Assembly (NCBI GenBank): GCA_963833575.1
Contig: CAWHXY010000004.1
Location: forward strand, 1,122,197 to 1,186,196
From: Candidatus Bathyarchaeota archaeon
Lineage (GTDB): Archaea; Thermoproteota; Bathyarchaeia; Bathyarchaeales; Bathycorpusculaceae
Direction: 5' to 3'
DNA length: 64,000 nt
Shown here: positions 27,509-40,490 of the stretch, in pieces
Layout: each line of letters begins with the position of its first letter
Position numbering within the stretch: position 1 is the stretch's first letter
Program-made: the position numbers and the translations under genes
Notes under the pieces: generated by a model
The model's database searches: none
The model's input: the letters and a program-made list of their open reading frames with translations, nothing else
What the model was told of the DNA's origin: nothing

Positions 27509-29926
27509 TTAACTTTCAGTTTTTTTCTGGGGCTCAGAGGTAGCATATTGGTTGAGTTTGTTTGCCATGTCTTTGAGTTGCTTGTCAACAAGATAGTTTA
27601 CTGTGCCTTCCTCAAAAGTTCCGTCTGATTTTCTTGAGCCGGCTTTTGTTCCTGTAAGAAATTCTATCCCTTCGTCAATTGTTCTAACTGCGTAAATATT
27701 GAATTTTCCTGTTTTTGCAGCTTCTACGACTTCTTCTTTCAGCATTAGGTTTTGCACGTTACTTTCAGGTATCATTACTCCTTGTTGTCCAGTAAGCCCT
27801 TTTAGCTTGCAGACTTCAAAGAATCCTTCGATTTTTTCATTTACTCCGCCTATCGCTTGCACTTCTCCCTTCTGGTTAACTGAGCCGGTAACAGCTATAT
27901 TCTGCCTAATCGGAAGTTCAGAAAGCGCGGATAAGATCGAGTATAATTCAGTACTTGAGGCGCTGTCACCTTCCACACCTTCGTAATTCTGTTCAAAAAC
28001 TATTCTGGCGGAAAGACTCAGTGGCTTATCTCTCGCGTATTTATCGTTTAAAAACCCGCCAAGAATCAAAACCCCTTTCGTATGCATGGGTCCACCCATC
28101 TTTGCTTCTCTTTCAATATCGATAACGCCTCCTCTTCCCAACCCTATGCTTGCTGTTACGCGTGAAGGGTTGCCAAAGGCAAAATCGCCAAGACCCATAA
28201 CAGATAAGCCGTTCACTTGCCCGATGCTTTGGTCTACCGTGTCAATTAAGAAGAAGCCGCGTTTTATCATTTCCTGGATTTTTTCTTGGATGAGTTTTGA
28301 TCGATAAACTTTTTCTTCTATGGCCTTTTTAATATGCTCTCCGCTTATAAACTCAGCATTATCTTTTACTGCATAAAAGTTAGCTTCGCGAATTATATCT
28401 GCAATGTGTGAGAATTGAATCGATAGTTTGTATTGGTCGTCCGCAACTCTTGAACTGTATTCAACTAGTTTCGCTATTCCTGTACCGTCAAGGTGTTTAA
28501 GATTTTCTTTTTCGCAGATTGAGCAAACCCAAGCGGCATACTGATTCACTTTATCTTCGGTTCTATCCATTACCGTGTCAAATTCTGCTTTTATCTTGAA
28601 AAGCTCTCTGAAATCAGTGTCTAATTGGAACATCATTTGATAAATGTAGGGATCTCCAATGAGGATTATTTTGGTTGACAAAGGAATTGGTTGAGGTTTA
28701 AGGGTTTTAACGCTCAGAAAACCGTAGCGTTCTTCTGGTTCCTCGATAACTATGTTTTCGTCTCTGAGATCTCGTTTCAAACCGTCGTATGAGAACGGGT
28801 TTCTTAACAGCTCTTCAACTGGAATAATCAAGTATCCGCCATTGGCTTTATGTAAAGCGCCAGCTCGAATCATGGAGAAATCAGTGGTTAAAGCGCCAAA
28901 TTGGGCTTCTTTTTCTGTTCTCCCAAGCAGATTATGGTAAGTGGGATTGCCCTCCACAATTACAGGTGCGCCTTTTGTTTCAGAGTTATCAATAATGACA
29001 TTAACCTCATATTTCTTGTAGGGATCTTCTTTCATCCAAGGCATGGCGAATGGAAACTGTTCTTGAGATTCGCCTCCCCCTCTTTTCACGAATTGACTCA
29101 AATTATCCAAAATATCGTTCTCAATAGCCTTTAGGTAAGCTGTTACCTCAGGAGTGCCTCGGTGCTTTTCGTTCATGCTTTCTTCTTGGTTGCCGATAGC
29201 GTAAAGAGCAACTTCTTTGTTTAGGTTCTTTAACGCTTCGTGGATTTTTCGCTCCATATCTATGAGTTGTCGCATTGTATTTCGGAATTCTGTTTCCAAC
29301 CCTTCTCTTTTTTCTTGAAGTTTATCTTTAGTTTTTTGAGGCAATGCTAACATTTCTTCTTCGCTGAGCGGTTTGCTGTCTAACACAGGAATAAGAAGCA
29401 GTCCGATAGGCGTAGTTTGGATTACGAAACCTTCCCTTTGGGCCTTGATGCTTAATTCGTCAATCAACTGTTTTCTCTGTGTCTCCAATACTCGAAGTGT
29501 AGATTCTCTTTTGGCAGCATAATCTTCGCTTTCAAAAGCCTTAGGCAAAGCGTTCTTTATATTTTCAATAAAATTCTTCATGTCCTCGCGAAATTCTTTT
29601 CCTTTTCCAGGTGGGAACTGAATAGCTTTTGGTTCGTACTGATTAGCGAAATTGTTGACGTAGCACCAGTCAGGTGGAACTGGCTGGATTTTAGCTTGTG
29701 CTTCTACAAAGTTTTTCACCGCGGTTTTTCGTCCTGTTCCAGGGTAACCTGCTACATACACATTAAATCCGTGGTTCTTAATGCCAAGACCGAATTTTAA
29801 CGCTCGAACTGCTCTTTCTTGGCCTATAATTTCACTCACGGGAACCAGGTCATGTGTTGATTCACATTGCATGAAAGTAGGATCACATACTCTTCTGAGT
29901 TTTTCTACTGGTAAAGCGTTAACCAT
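27509..29926 (-). CDS. Lon-like protease, LonC/S16 type with long coiled-coil insertion
   Basis: IIGQERA, degenerate Walker A GYPGTGRKT, GALHKANGGYL, catalytic EGDSAS and GGVNEKIEGF. Confidence 0.9.
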   Translation of the reverse strand: MVNALPVEKLRRVCDPTFMQCESTHDLVPVSEIIGQERAVRALKFGLGIKNHGFNVYVAGYPGTGRKTAVKNFVEAQAKIQPVPPDWCYVNNFANQYEPKAIQFPPGKGKEFREDMKNFIENIKNALPKAFESEDYAAKRESTLRVLETQRKQLIDELSIKAQREGFVIQTTPIGLLLIPVLDSKPLSEEEMLALPQKTKDKLQEKREGLETEFRNTMRQLIDMERKIHEALKNLNKEVALYAIGNQEESMNEKHRGTPEVTAYLKAIENDILDNLSQFVKRGGGESQEQFPFAMPWMKEDPYKKYEVNVIIDNSETKGAPVIVEGNPTYHNLLGRTEKEAQFGALTTDFSMIRAGALHKANGGYLIIPVEELLRNPFSYDGLKRDLRDENIVIEEPEERYGFLSVKTLKPQPIPLSTKIILIGDPYIYQMMFQLDTDFRELFKIKAEFDTVMDRTEDKVNQYAAWVCSICEKENLKHLDGTGIAKLVEYSSRVADDQYKLSIQFSHIADIIREANFYAVKDNAEFISGEHIKKAIEEKVYRSKLIQEKIQEMIKRGFFLIDTVDQSIGQVNGLSVMGLGDFAFGNPSRVTASIGLGRGGVIDIEREAKMGGPMHTKGVLILGGFLNDKYARDKPLSLSARIVFEQNYEGVEGDSASSTELYSILSALSELPIRQNIAVTGSVNQKGEVQAIGGVNEKIEGFFEVCKLKGLTGQQGVMIPESNVQNLMLKEEVVEAAKTGKFNIYAVRTIDEGIEFLTGTKAGSRKSDGTFEEGTVNYLVDKQLKDMANKLNQYATSEPQKKTES

Positions 29927-30022
29927 ATCAAAATCACTTCTTTTAAGATCTCTAAAACTAATATTATTCTTTAATTTGCTATGTAATTAAGTTTCTGTTA
30001 CCAAGCGGTATCTAGTCAGGTG

Positions 30023-30571
30023 TTAAGAATTAGTCTGGCAAAAAAGGTTGATTAGTTCTTGATTTCTTACTTCGGGATGAAATAAAACCCCATAAATCGG
30101 ATTTTGTCTATGCTTTACTATTTGTGTGCATTTTGCGGATGTCGCCCAAACCTCAAAATCCCCAGAAAACTCGATACAGTAACTGTGAAGTGAATATGCT
30201 TTGAAGTTACCCGACACAAATGGGTTTTCTTTTAATGTAGTTATCTGTGTCATACCTATTTCCAAGCACTTAACTAAGGGCATCCCATAAACCACGCCTA
30301 TGGTTTCCATGCCTGCGCATACTCCCAGCACCGGCTTATTTGTCTCTTTAAGCCATTGAAATTTTTCTGGCTGGCATAAGGATGCAGTATCTTTAAGCGT
30401 AGTACCCGAAAGGATTACTCTGTCACACTGGTTTAGGTCTTCTTTGGTTACTTCAAAATAATGCTTTATTGTGTAGTTGTCCAGTCTTTCGGCAACTGCC
30501 GCTATAGGTAGAACAAACTCATAAAAGCCTAGTGAATCTTTTTTCCAATTCATGTCCACAATTAAAATCAT
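30023..30571 (-). CDS. Class I glutamine amidotransferase
   Basis: PVLGVCAG and FHPE triad motifs; coupled to the dph6 gene. Confidence 0.85.
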   Translation of the reverse strand: MILIVDMNWKKDSLGFYEFVLPIAAVAERLDNYTIKHYFEVTKEDLNQCDRVILSGTTLKDTASLCQPEKFQWLKETNKPVLGVCAGMETIGVVYGMPLVKCLEIGMTQITTLKENPFVSGNFKAYSLHSYCIEFSGDFEVWATSAKCTQIVKHRQNPIYGVLFHPEVRNQELINLFCQTNS

Positions 30572-31248
30572 TTTGGAACCAGCCGAGCGTGCTTAATTTC
30601 GAATATTCCACTATTTCCTTTTGATTCAACGCTATAATCAAGGACTTCGATTTCGTTTTTGAATAAAGGCGCGTCTAAAACGCTTGTTTCTATTTCGCCA
30701 CCCTCTCCTGAAGGGCTTATGCCATATTCCTGCTGCAGATCAACTAGTCTTTCTATTAGTTTTGTGTCGATTTGTTTTCCAAGCCATTTTTCATCAAGAG
30801 GATAAGCAAAAATCCCTGAAATAATCACTCTGAACTGTTTTTCAATAAGTTCCTCCAAAAGAGCTTTCTGATCATGCTTCCAGAGAGGGTTAAAACACCA
30901 AAGCCCGAGTTTATGGCATATACGCTGGACTCTTTCGGCTTGGTAAACTGATTCAATTGCACCGGTTATCACACCTTCTATCTCGTAGTCTTTGGCTGCT
31001 TGAGCTATTGCATCTTCCAAATCTGAAAGTTCTTTTTCCTTCTCGCCTTGAGTTTTTTTTGTTATTTGGGGTAATCCTAAGGCTTCTGCTTGAAGTTTGG
31101 TGATGTCAATGTTTGGTGTATGGAACATATAGCTCTCTCTGTTTTGAGAAACAAGCGTGATGAGGCAAACTACTTCTTCCTTCTTTGCAGCATAATGAAG
31201 GGCAAGCGTCGAATCTTTGCCACCTGAGAATAGAACTCCAAGTCGCAT
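30568..31248 (-). CDS. dph6: Diphthine-ammonia ligase (Dph6/DUF71)
   Basis: SGGKDS, SYMFHTPN, GAIESVYQ and GEGGEIET. Confidence 0.9.
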   Translation of the reverse strand: MRLGVLFSGGKDSTLALHYAAKKEEVVCLITLVSQNRESYMFHTPNIDITKLQAEALGLPQITKKTQGEKEKELSDLEDAIAQAAKDYEIEGVITGAIESVYQAERVQRICHKLGLWCFNPLWKHDQKALLEELIEKQFRVIISGIFAYPLDEKWLGKQIDTKLIERLVDLQQEYGISPSGEGGEIETSVLDAPLFKNEIEVLDYSVESKGNSGIFEIKHARLVPK

Positions 31249-31300
31249 AGCTACCTTAAAAAGAAAACTGGTTTATATGCCTGTTTAAAACAGACATTTC

Positions 31301-32545
31301 TTAAACTTTGACGTCGCATACGTTTGGGATGGCTTTAAGCTTCTGAATTATTTCCACGCTGACTTTTCTGTGAAGCACATATACTGAAATTGCATAGCCG
31401 CTGTTTCCAATTTGTCTCGAATAGTTCGCTCTTATGTTTATGTCGTTGTCAGCTAAAACTTTGTCAATGTTTGCAAAAACTCCAGGCACATCCCGATGAT
31501 GAATGAATAATGTATGCACAGGTTTTTCTTCCAGCTCAATGTTTTCTCCAGCATTAACGGCATTGGTAAAGTCTCCACCTAAAAGGTAATTTGAAACTAC
31601 ACGGGCAATCTCAGTCGATGTTTCTCTTTGTGCTTCAGTAGTTGATGCGCCTAGATGACTGCTTAAAACAATGTTATCTGGTTCTTTTAGTTTGCTTTTG
31701 AATTCAGCTCCTTCAGCTTTAGGTTCATCGACATAAACATCTATAGCTGCACCAGCGATTTTGCCTTTTTTTAATGCTTTGTATAATGCTTGCTCGTCAA
31801 TGTTGCTACCTCTAGAAGTATTAATCAGATAAGCTGTTTTCTTCATTAACTGGATTTCTTTTTCGCTGATAACTACATCTTTTCCGCCTGTATGGAGGCT
31901 AATATAATCGGCTTTTGAAATGACTTCTTCTTTCGACATGAATTTAATGCCTGATTCAAGATATGGCTTGATGTCGTAACCAATTACTTCCATATCAAAA
32001 CCGCGGTGTGCAATTTCGGCTAGTCGTTGACCGATTCTACCGCATCCTAAAATACCTAAAGTTTTGTAGGAGAGTTCGGTGCCTTTTAATTTCTCTTTTT
32101 TCCATATCGCATTTTTGATTGAAAAATGAGCTTGAGGAGTATTTCTGGAAATGGCAAGCATTAATCCAATGGTTAACTCTGCCACTGCATTGGTGCTGCC
32201 ATAAGGAGCCGATTTCACAACTATGCCGTTTTCTGAGGCGGCAACAACATCTATATTGTCATAACCTACTCCTGCTCTTCCGATGATTTTGAGTTTGCCT
32301 TTTGCGCCTGCTTCAATAATTTCTTTTGTGACTTTGGTGGCGCTGCGCACAATTAATGCGTCAAATCCACCGATGTCATTGACTAGCTTGTTTTGGTCTC
32401 TTTTCTGCATGTCTGTCTCTATGCCGGCGTCTTGGAAGAGTTTTAATCCTTCTTTTTCTAAACCATCGTTTAGTAGTACCTTCACTTTAGCCAACTCCTT
32501 TAAGTGGTTATCAAGCTTTAGATTTAAAGTTGATTGGCAAAACAA
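31301..32545 (-). CDS. serA: D-3-phosphoglycerate dehydrogenase with C-terminal ACT domain (start probably about 32494)
   Basis: VRSATKV, RAGVGYDNID, GCGRIG, NTSRG, HLGAST; ACT motif HRDVPGVF. Confidence 0.85.
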   Translation of the reverse strand: MFCQSTLNLKLDNHLKELAKVKVLLNDGLEKEGLKLFQDAGIETDMQKRDQNKLVNDIGGFDALIVRSATKVTKEIIEAGAKGKLKIIGRAGVGYDNIDVVAASENGIVVKSAPYGSTNAVAELTIGLMLAISRNTPQAHFSIKNAIWKKEKLKGTELSYKTLGILGCGRIGQRLAEIAHRGFDMEVIGYDIKPYLESGIKFMSKEEVISKADYISLHTGGKDVVISEKEIQLMKKTAYLINTSRGSNIDEQALYKALKKGKIAGAAIDVYVDEPKAEGAEFKSKLKEPDNIVLSSHLGASTTEAQRETSTEIARVVSNYLLGGDFTNAVNAGENIELEEKPVHTLFIHHRDVPGVFANIDKVLADNDINIRANYSRQIGNSGYAISVYVLHRKVSVEIIQKLKAIPNVCDVKV

Positions 32546-32580
32546 TATTAAAACTTATAGAAAACCTTGCGCCCTTAGTT

Positions 32581-32865
32581 CTAAGGTTTGCTTTTCAAAA
32601 GGCGAACCTGCTCTTTACTTAATTTTGTGGATACTACATCAAAGATAGATACTACATGACAGTAAGGGCATTTTAGTCGCCTATTTCGCCCACGATATAA
32701 GGAAATAAAGCTAGCTCCTGGAACCCAGTGATAGTTGAATTTTTTCTTGCATCTTGGGCACGTCAGTCTTGAAATAGTGTGTGGACCATATCTTGGAAGC
32801 AACATGAAAACCGCTATGAAAACTATTGCTGTTACAATTATGTAGAGTAATAGAAGGTCTGCCAA
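32581..32865 (-). CDS. Membrane-anchored zinc-ribbon protein
   Basis: N-terminal TM helix, CPRC...CPYC. Confidence 0.65.
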   Translation of the reverse strand: MADLLLLYIIVTAIVFIAVFMLLPRYGPHTISRLTCPRCKKKFNYHWVPGASFISLYRGRNRRLKCPYCHVVSIFDVVSTKLSKEQVRLLKSKP

Positions 32866-32977
32866 TGGCTTCAGCTTTGAGAAAGAATTTTACTTATTAG
32901 CATTTAAGCTTAATCTTTAGTTTAGAAGGTTTTTGCCCAAGTTTTATGGATTTTTTGAAAAGTGGGAAAGGGCTTGT

Positions 32978-34315
32978 TTACGCCTTTTTGATGTAATTCA
33001 GAGCTTCTTCCACGTTTTGGAAGCCATACTTTACTCCGCTAAACTCTTTTCTCAAAAGCAACACGTCTTGTTTTACCTCTGCAGGTTTACGTTTGCTTTT
33101 TATCACGTCAAGCATGAGGTCGCACAAGTGTTTAATGTCGCCTTCCCCAAAACCCCGTCTGGTTACATCTTGGAAGCCGATTCTCAGTCCTGAAGGATCA
33201 TCTTTACTGCTTTGATCATCGTACGGTAACAGGTTCTTGTTAAGAATAATGTTTGCTTCTTCGAGGTCTTGAGCAATCTTTTTGCCGCCACCGAAACTGC
33301 GAATATCAACTGCTATCTGGTGAGATTTAGTAAAGCCTTTTTTCTCAGCGAGAACTTTGACCCCGTTTTCGCACAAGTATTGTCCAGCTGTCTGAGCATT
33401 TCTAATTATTTGCTTAGATAACTGAGATCCAAAAACTTTCATCTCTAACGCGGCTATGCCAAGTGCAGGTAACCTGCCTAAATGTGTACTTGAAGCGCTT
33501 AGTGGGAAAATGGCGAACTGAATCTTTTTTACTGCTTTTTCTAGGGATGGATTGGTTGGGCTGCCCATTATGACTCCGCCTTGTGGTCCTGGGAAAGTTT
33601 TGTGGGTTGAAGAGGTAATGAAGTCTGCGCCTTCTCGTAAGGGATCTTGGAATTCTCCGCCTGCAATTAGGCCAAGAACATGTGATGCGTCGTAAGCTAC
33701 GTATGCTCCTACTTCTTCGCAGACAGCTCGAAGCTCTTTAATTGGATGTGGAAATAAAAAGAGGCTACCGCCAAAAGTGACTATGCCTGGTTTTGCAGCG
33801 CGTATGACATAGGCTGACTTGTCCGGGTCAATATTGAATTCGTCTATGTTGTAAACGTGATTTATATTTTCTAAACCTAACACGTTGCCTGCTAAGCCAG
33901 TATAATCGTGAGAAATGTGTGCACCGCAACTTAATGGGGTTACGACCATTTTGTTGTTTTTTGACGCTAAGGATAAGCCTTTAAATGTGGCTAGGTTTGC
34001 GTGGGTACCTGAAACTAGTCGGACATCTGCCCAATCAGATTTAAAGAGGCTTTTCATTATGTCCGTTGAGAAATCCTCAATTTGGGACATGTATTTTTGG
34101 CCTTGATAATACCGTTTTTTAACATGCCCATGTATGTCGTTTTCACCTTCTGCATATCTGCAGTCAAGGTCATGTGAAAAGTCGAGCATCTGGTTAACTG
34201 CTGGGGACTTGAGTCCTTCACTTGCAATCATATTTATGCATTCTTTGTCGCGATATTGTTCATGCTTTCGAGATGCTTCAATTAAATTCAGGAATAGGTC
34301 GGAGAATTTTTCCAT
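32978..34315 (-). CDS. glyA: Serine hydroxymethyltransferase
   Basis: NMIASE, RYAEG, RYYQG, STHKTFPGPQGG PLP lysine and SGLRIG. Confidence 0.96.
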   Translation of the reverse strand: MEKFSDLFLNLIEASRKHEQYRDKECINMIASEGLKSPAVNQMLDFSHDLDCRYAEGENDIHGHVKKRYYQGQKYMSQIEDFSTDIMKSLFKSDWADVRLVSGTHANLATFKGLSLASKNNKMVVTPLSCGAHISHDYTGLAGNVLGLENINHVYNIDEFNIDPDKSAYVIRAAKPGIVTFGGSLFLFPHPIKELRAVCEEVGAYVAYDASHVLGLIAGGEFQDPLREGADFITSSTHKTFPGPQGGVIMGSPTNPSLEKAVKKIQFAIFPLSASSTHLGRLPALGIAALEMKVFGSQLSKQIIRNAQTAGQYLCENGVKVLAEKKGFTKSHQIAVDIRSFGGGKKIAQDLEEANIILNKNLLPYDDQSSKDDPSGLRIGFQDVTRRGFGEGDIKHLCDLMLDVIKSKRKPAEVKQDVLLLRKEFSGVKYGFQNVEEALNYIKKA

Positions 34316-34441
34316 TTTTTCTGCTTCCCACGCTTAAATCATCAACGAAATTAGGCTTAGCAGTATTTAGCCGTTACTAAAAGCAAGTTGAAGTTCGTGG
34401 ATTGATTATGATGCATTAAAAGAAAAAATTTTGCTGTAATT

Positions 34442-34867
34442 TTACAACACATACATTGCTAAGTAGAATATTTCTCCGGAGAGGAAAGCAAACCACCAGA
34501 TAACGAACAAAATTGTTGCAAGTTTTCCATGCCACTTGTTGACGATTTTTCGTTTTAGTAGTAAAAGACCTAAAGCGAGAACAACAATTTCAAGTGTCAT
34601 AACAATAATTGCGGTTGCTATGTGAACCGCGAAATAAACGTTTAAAGTAGCCGTCAAATGTAAGCTTGCGTCATCAATTGCGCCGCCTAACGACCGATAC
34701 AACATGTAGCCGATAGAAACCGTTAAATCCCATATAATTGCAACGGCGCCCGAGACTGGATGAAAACGTTTTTTTCCTCTACCAGTTAAAAAGGCATGGC
34801 AAAACAGAAATGCTACCGGAATTAAGGCTACGGCAACTATTGTGCTTGCAAGTGGAGCAACAGTCAT
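34442..34867 (-). CDS. Four-TM protein with conserved-looking histidines (DUF420/cytochrome b-like)
   Basis: Four hydrophobic helices with His in RFHP, AVHI and KWHG. Confidence 0.55.
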   Translation of the reverse strand: MTVAPLASTIVAVALIPVAFLFCHAFLTGRGKKRFHPVSGAVAIIWDLTVSIGYMLYRSLGGAIDDASLHLTATLNVYFAVHIATAIIVMTLEIVVLALGLLLLKRKIVNKWHGKLATILFVIWWFAFLSGEIFYLAMYVL

Positions 34868-34915
34868 GATTACTTACCAGTTTTTAGAAGCTTATATTGT
34901 CCTTGCTAATTAATG

Positions 34916-35725
34916 CTATGTTGGCTGCTCTTTCTTTGCGGTTGATAGTTGGGTTATTTTTGCTATTGGGACTGCACCTGAAAGGATACTGGTGTTGAGG
35001 AAAGTTATTTCTTTTCCAGAATCTAGTTGGACCATAGTGTGGTAAGGTGTTAATTCTTTAACGGTACCTTGCTCATTCATGTATGAAGTGATTACTCGAT
35101 CGCCTACAATATAGTGTAATCTGCTTTCGGGTTGTCCTTCATATTTACGAACGGCAGTTATGATTACTCCGCCTGAAGCTATTGCACTATTCGGAATAGT
35201 AACGTTGCCTACATCTGTCTGTATTCTCATGACCAGAGCAGTCATTTCTATAACTCTTCCAGGGATGTTGTTGAATATGACATCGTCACCAACTCTAAAC
35301 TGGTAATTAGTAAAAACCAAGAAACCTGATAAGATGCTTCCAACAAACGTCGATATAACTAGACCGACCGTAATTGAGATAATTCCGGCTCCAGTTAAAA
35401 GTTCTGAAGCAGATACCTGCAGCGTATTGAGAATACCAAACGTCATGAATAATGCTGCAACAGCGATCATGATGTACTGTGCTATTGTTGAGGCTTGGTT
35501 CCCAATTCGCTCTGAAATAAGTGGCTTAAAACGACGTATGATTATTAATGCCGCAAACCAAAAACCTACAATGATGATTATGCGTATGGCTTGATCAATA
35601 AGTGTTGGTAAGCTTATAGATGTAGCAACAAACTGGTGAAAAAAATAGAGCGTGCTTATGGTTAGGATTAAGGTTATTATTAAGTAGAAGACGAGTCTTT
35701 GCAGGGAGCGAATTGCGTGAGCCAT
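34916..35725 (-). CDS. mscS: MscS-family mechanosensitive channel
   Basis: TM helices, GAGIISITVGL, ILSG, FRVGD and IPNS; duplicated beta domain. Confidence 0.8.
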   Translation of the reverse strand: MAHAIRSLQRLVFYLIITLILTISTLYFFHQFVATSISLPTLIDQAIRIIIIVGFWFAALIIIRRFKPLISERIGNQASTIAQYIMIAVAALFMTFGILNTLQVSASELLTGAGIISITVGLVISTFVGSILSGFLVFTNYQFRVGDDVIFNNIPGRVIEMTALVMRIQTDVGNVTIPNSAIASGGVIITAVRKYEGQPESRLHYIVGDRVITSYMNEQGTVKELTPYHTMVQLDSGKEITFLNTSILSGAVPIAKITQLSTAKKEQPT

Positions 35726-35812
35726 ATTAATCCTTCTTAGTCATAGTTTGCAAGCTTATTTCTATAGTTTTCCCAAAAAAATATTACGAAGGAAAGATGA
35801 TTTAATCTTGTT

Positions 35813-35926
35813 ATGTCTGCTCCTAATTGTCCTTGCCCAAAAAAGGATTGTCCGCGTAAAAGCAACTGTGAAGAATGCGTAAAACATCACAAAGAAAAGA
35901 ATGAATGGCCATTTTGCGCAAGATAA
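35813..35926 (+). CDS. Cys-rich microprotein (37 aa), not in the ORF track
   Basis: MSAPNCPCPKKDCPRKSNCEECVKHHKEKNEWPFCAR*; CxC-x4-C-x5-CxxC..HH..P.C pattern. Confidence 0.65.
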   Translation: MSAPNCPCPKKDCPRKSNCEECVKHHKEKNEWPFCAR

Positions 35927-36058
35927 GCCTTGCTGTTTCGTTTCGAGATAGGTTACTCTATATGACACTGTATTACAGAATTCGATATATTAACAAGTTT
36001 GAAACTCTGCTTAAATTAAGAAATTGATGTATGGTTTCTGAAGATTGAGGCTGTAAAA

Positions 36059-36181
36059 GTGAATACCCCTGAAATAGATGATTGTTGCGACTTAGGCCTA
36101 AAAGATTCATGCATAACCTGCGAGTTCACTCATGTCTGTAATGGCAAATGGAGTCATTCAAAACTCAAGACGCCAGCATAG
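36059..36181 (+). CDS. Putative Cys-rich microprotein (40 aa)
   Basis: GTG start after gaggctg; MNTPEIDDCCDLGLKDSCITCEFTHVCNGKWSHSKLKTPA*. Confidence 0.4.
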   Translation: MNTPEIDDCCDLGLKDSCITCEFTHVCNGKWSHSKLKTPA

Positions 36182-36282
36182 AATATGAGTTCCATAGCGT
36201 GATCTAATCGCTAAATTTTAGTTCTAAGACCGCAAAATTGAAAAAGCACATTGTCACATAGACAGAGAAATAGCATAGGGCA

Positions 36283-36522
36283 GTGGTTGAATTGAAACTC
36301 AACAAAGTCGATGAAAAAGTCTTTCAAACATTAAAGTCTGAAAATAAAGAGTTAACTCTTCAAGAATTAGCTGACAAAACAGGCGAGCCCTGCAAAAAAG
36401 TATTCAAATCATTAAAGAAGTTCTTTGAACATGAGATTATCGAGACAAAAGCACGTAAATACTCATTGACGGGCAAAGATCCCACGGCAGCTAAAGAAGA
36501 ACCAGAAACCCCACCTGAATAA
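36283..36522 (+). CDS. Small winged-helix DNA-binding protein
   Basis: LTLQELADKTGEPCKKVFKSLKK HTH followed by a wing ending YSLT. Confidence 0.75.
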   Translation: MVELKLNKVDEKVFQTLKSENKELTLQELADKTGEPCKKVFKSLKKFFEHEIIETKARKYSLTGKDPTAAKEEPETPPE

Positions 36523-36541
36523 CTAAAATTAGAATTTTTTG

Positions 36542-36618
36542 TGGAGCCTCGAGCGGGCCTTGCTCCCGCGGCCTGCTGCTTACAAGGCAGCCGCTCTACT
36601 GGGCTGAGCTATCGAGGC
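36542..36618 (-). tRNA. tRNA-Thr(TGT) with atypical D- and T-loops; CCA encoded
   Basis: GCCTCGA/TCGAGGC acceptor stem, GCTC/GAGC D-stem, GCTGC-CTTGTAA-GCAGC anticodon arm, T-arm GCGGG-AGCAAGG-CCCGC. Confidence 0.88.
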
Positions 36619-37052
36619 ACCCAACAAAGTTGCCCAGATTACACCAACACATAAAACCTTACCCAAATAAAAGTTACTACTAAAAGAGCGCTTAAATTTC
36701 AGTCCATTTTTAAATCTCGTGAAAAAACTCTATTTCTTAAAACTATACGGTTGCTAACTTTGTTTTTTCATTCGACTGATCTCATTTATTAAAATATTAT
36801 TTCTCTGGTTAGTTAGAAAGTATCATTTAAGACATGAAGAGAAGTTTATGTCCTGTTTTTGCCGCCAAATTTAAATGATTTAAGCTTGTTTTAGATTTAC
36901 TTCCCCATATCCATCGACAGTTAACCCATGACGAGTGGAGAATTGAACTTGGTGAATCTAAAACTTCAAAAAGCACTCAGGATGCCACAAATCATTTTTC
37001 AATAAACCTCTTTAGGTCTCAACATAATGCTTATATCAGTGAAAGGCGCTTC

Positions 37053-37259
37053 TAATGCAATTCAGCAATATGGGTTATACCATTAAACTGATGCAACTCC
37101 CCATCAACATCGATGTGGAGTGAAGGGTGAAATGACTTCGCCAAGTCACGGCGGAGATCACAATGACACCATGCATAGGTCAAACAAACAACGACGCAAC
37201 ACAATAAATTAACGAGAAATGTGTGTTTCATCAAACGCCAAACAAACACCACCTATGGC
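37053..37259 (+). other. 23S pre-rRNA 5' leader and processing stem (pairs with about 40280-40377)
   Basis: gagaaatgtgtg..aaacacca pairs with tggtgttt..cacatgtttctc; atgcataggtcaaacaa pairs with ttgtttggcctatgcgt; TATA-like cttatat near 37030. Confidence 0.7.
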
Positions 37260-40278
<3,019 letters not shown>

Positions 40279-40490
40279 CCTCTAGATGGTGTTTGAGCGA
40301 TATTTGGTGCGCACATGTTTCTCAATATGTGTTGATAAGTTCTTGTTTGGCCTATGCGTGGCGAACATATTGCATTTTGGTTTCTTCATTTTTGGTTAAT
40401 CGATTCTCTGTAAGTTGAATTTTTGATCATGCGTTTCGCTTTTTTGATGTTAGATAAATTCAAATTGTCATTTTGCTAATGGCTTCTTGA

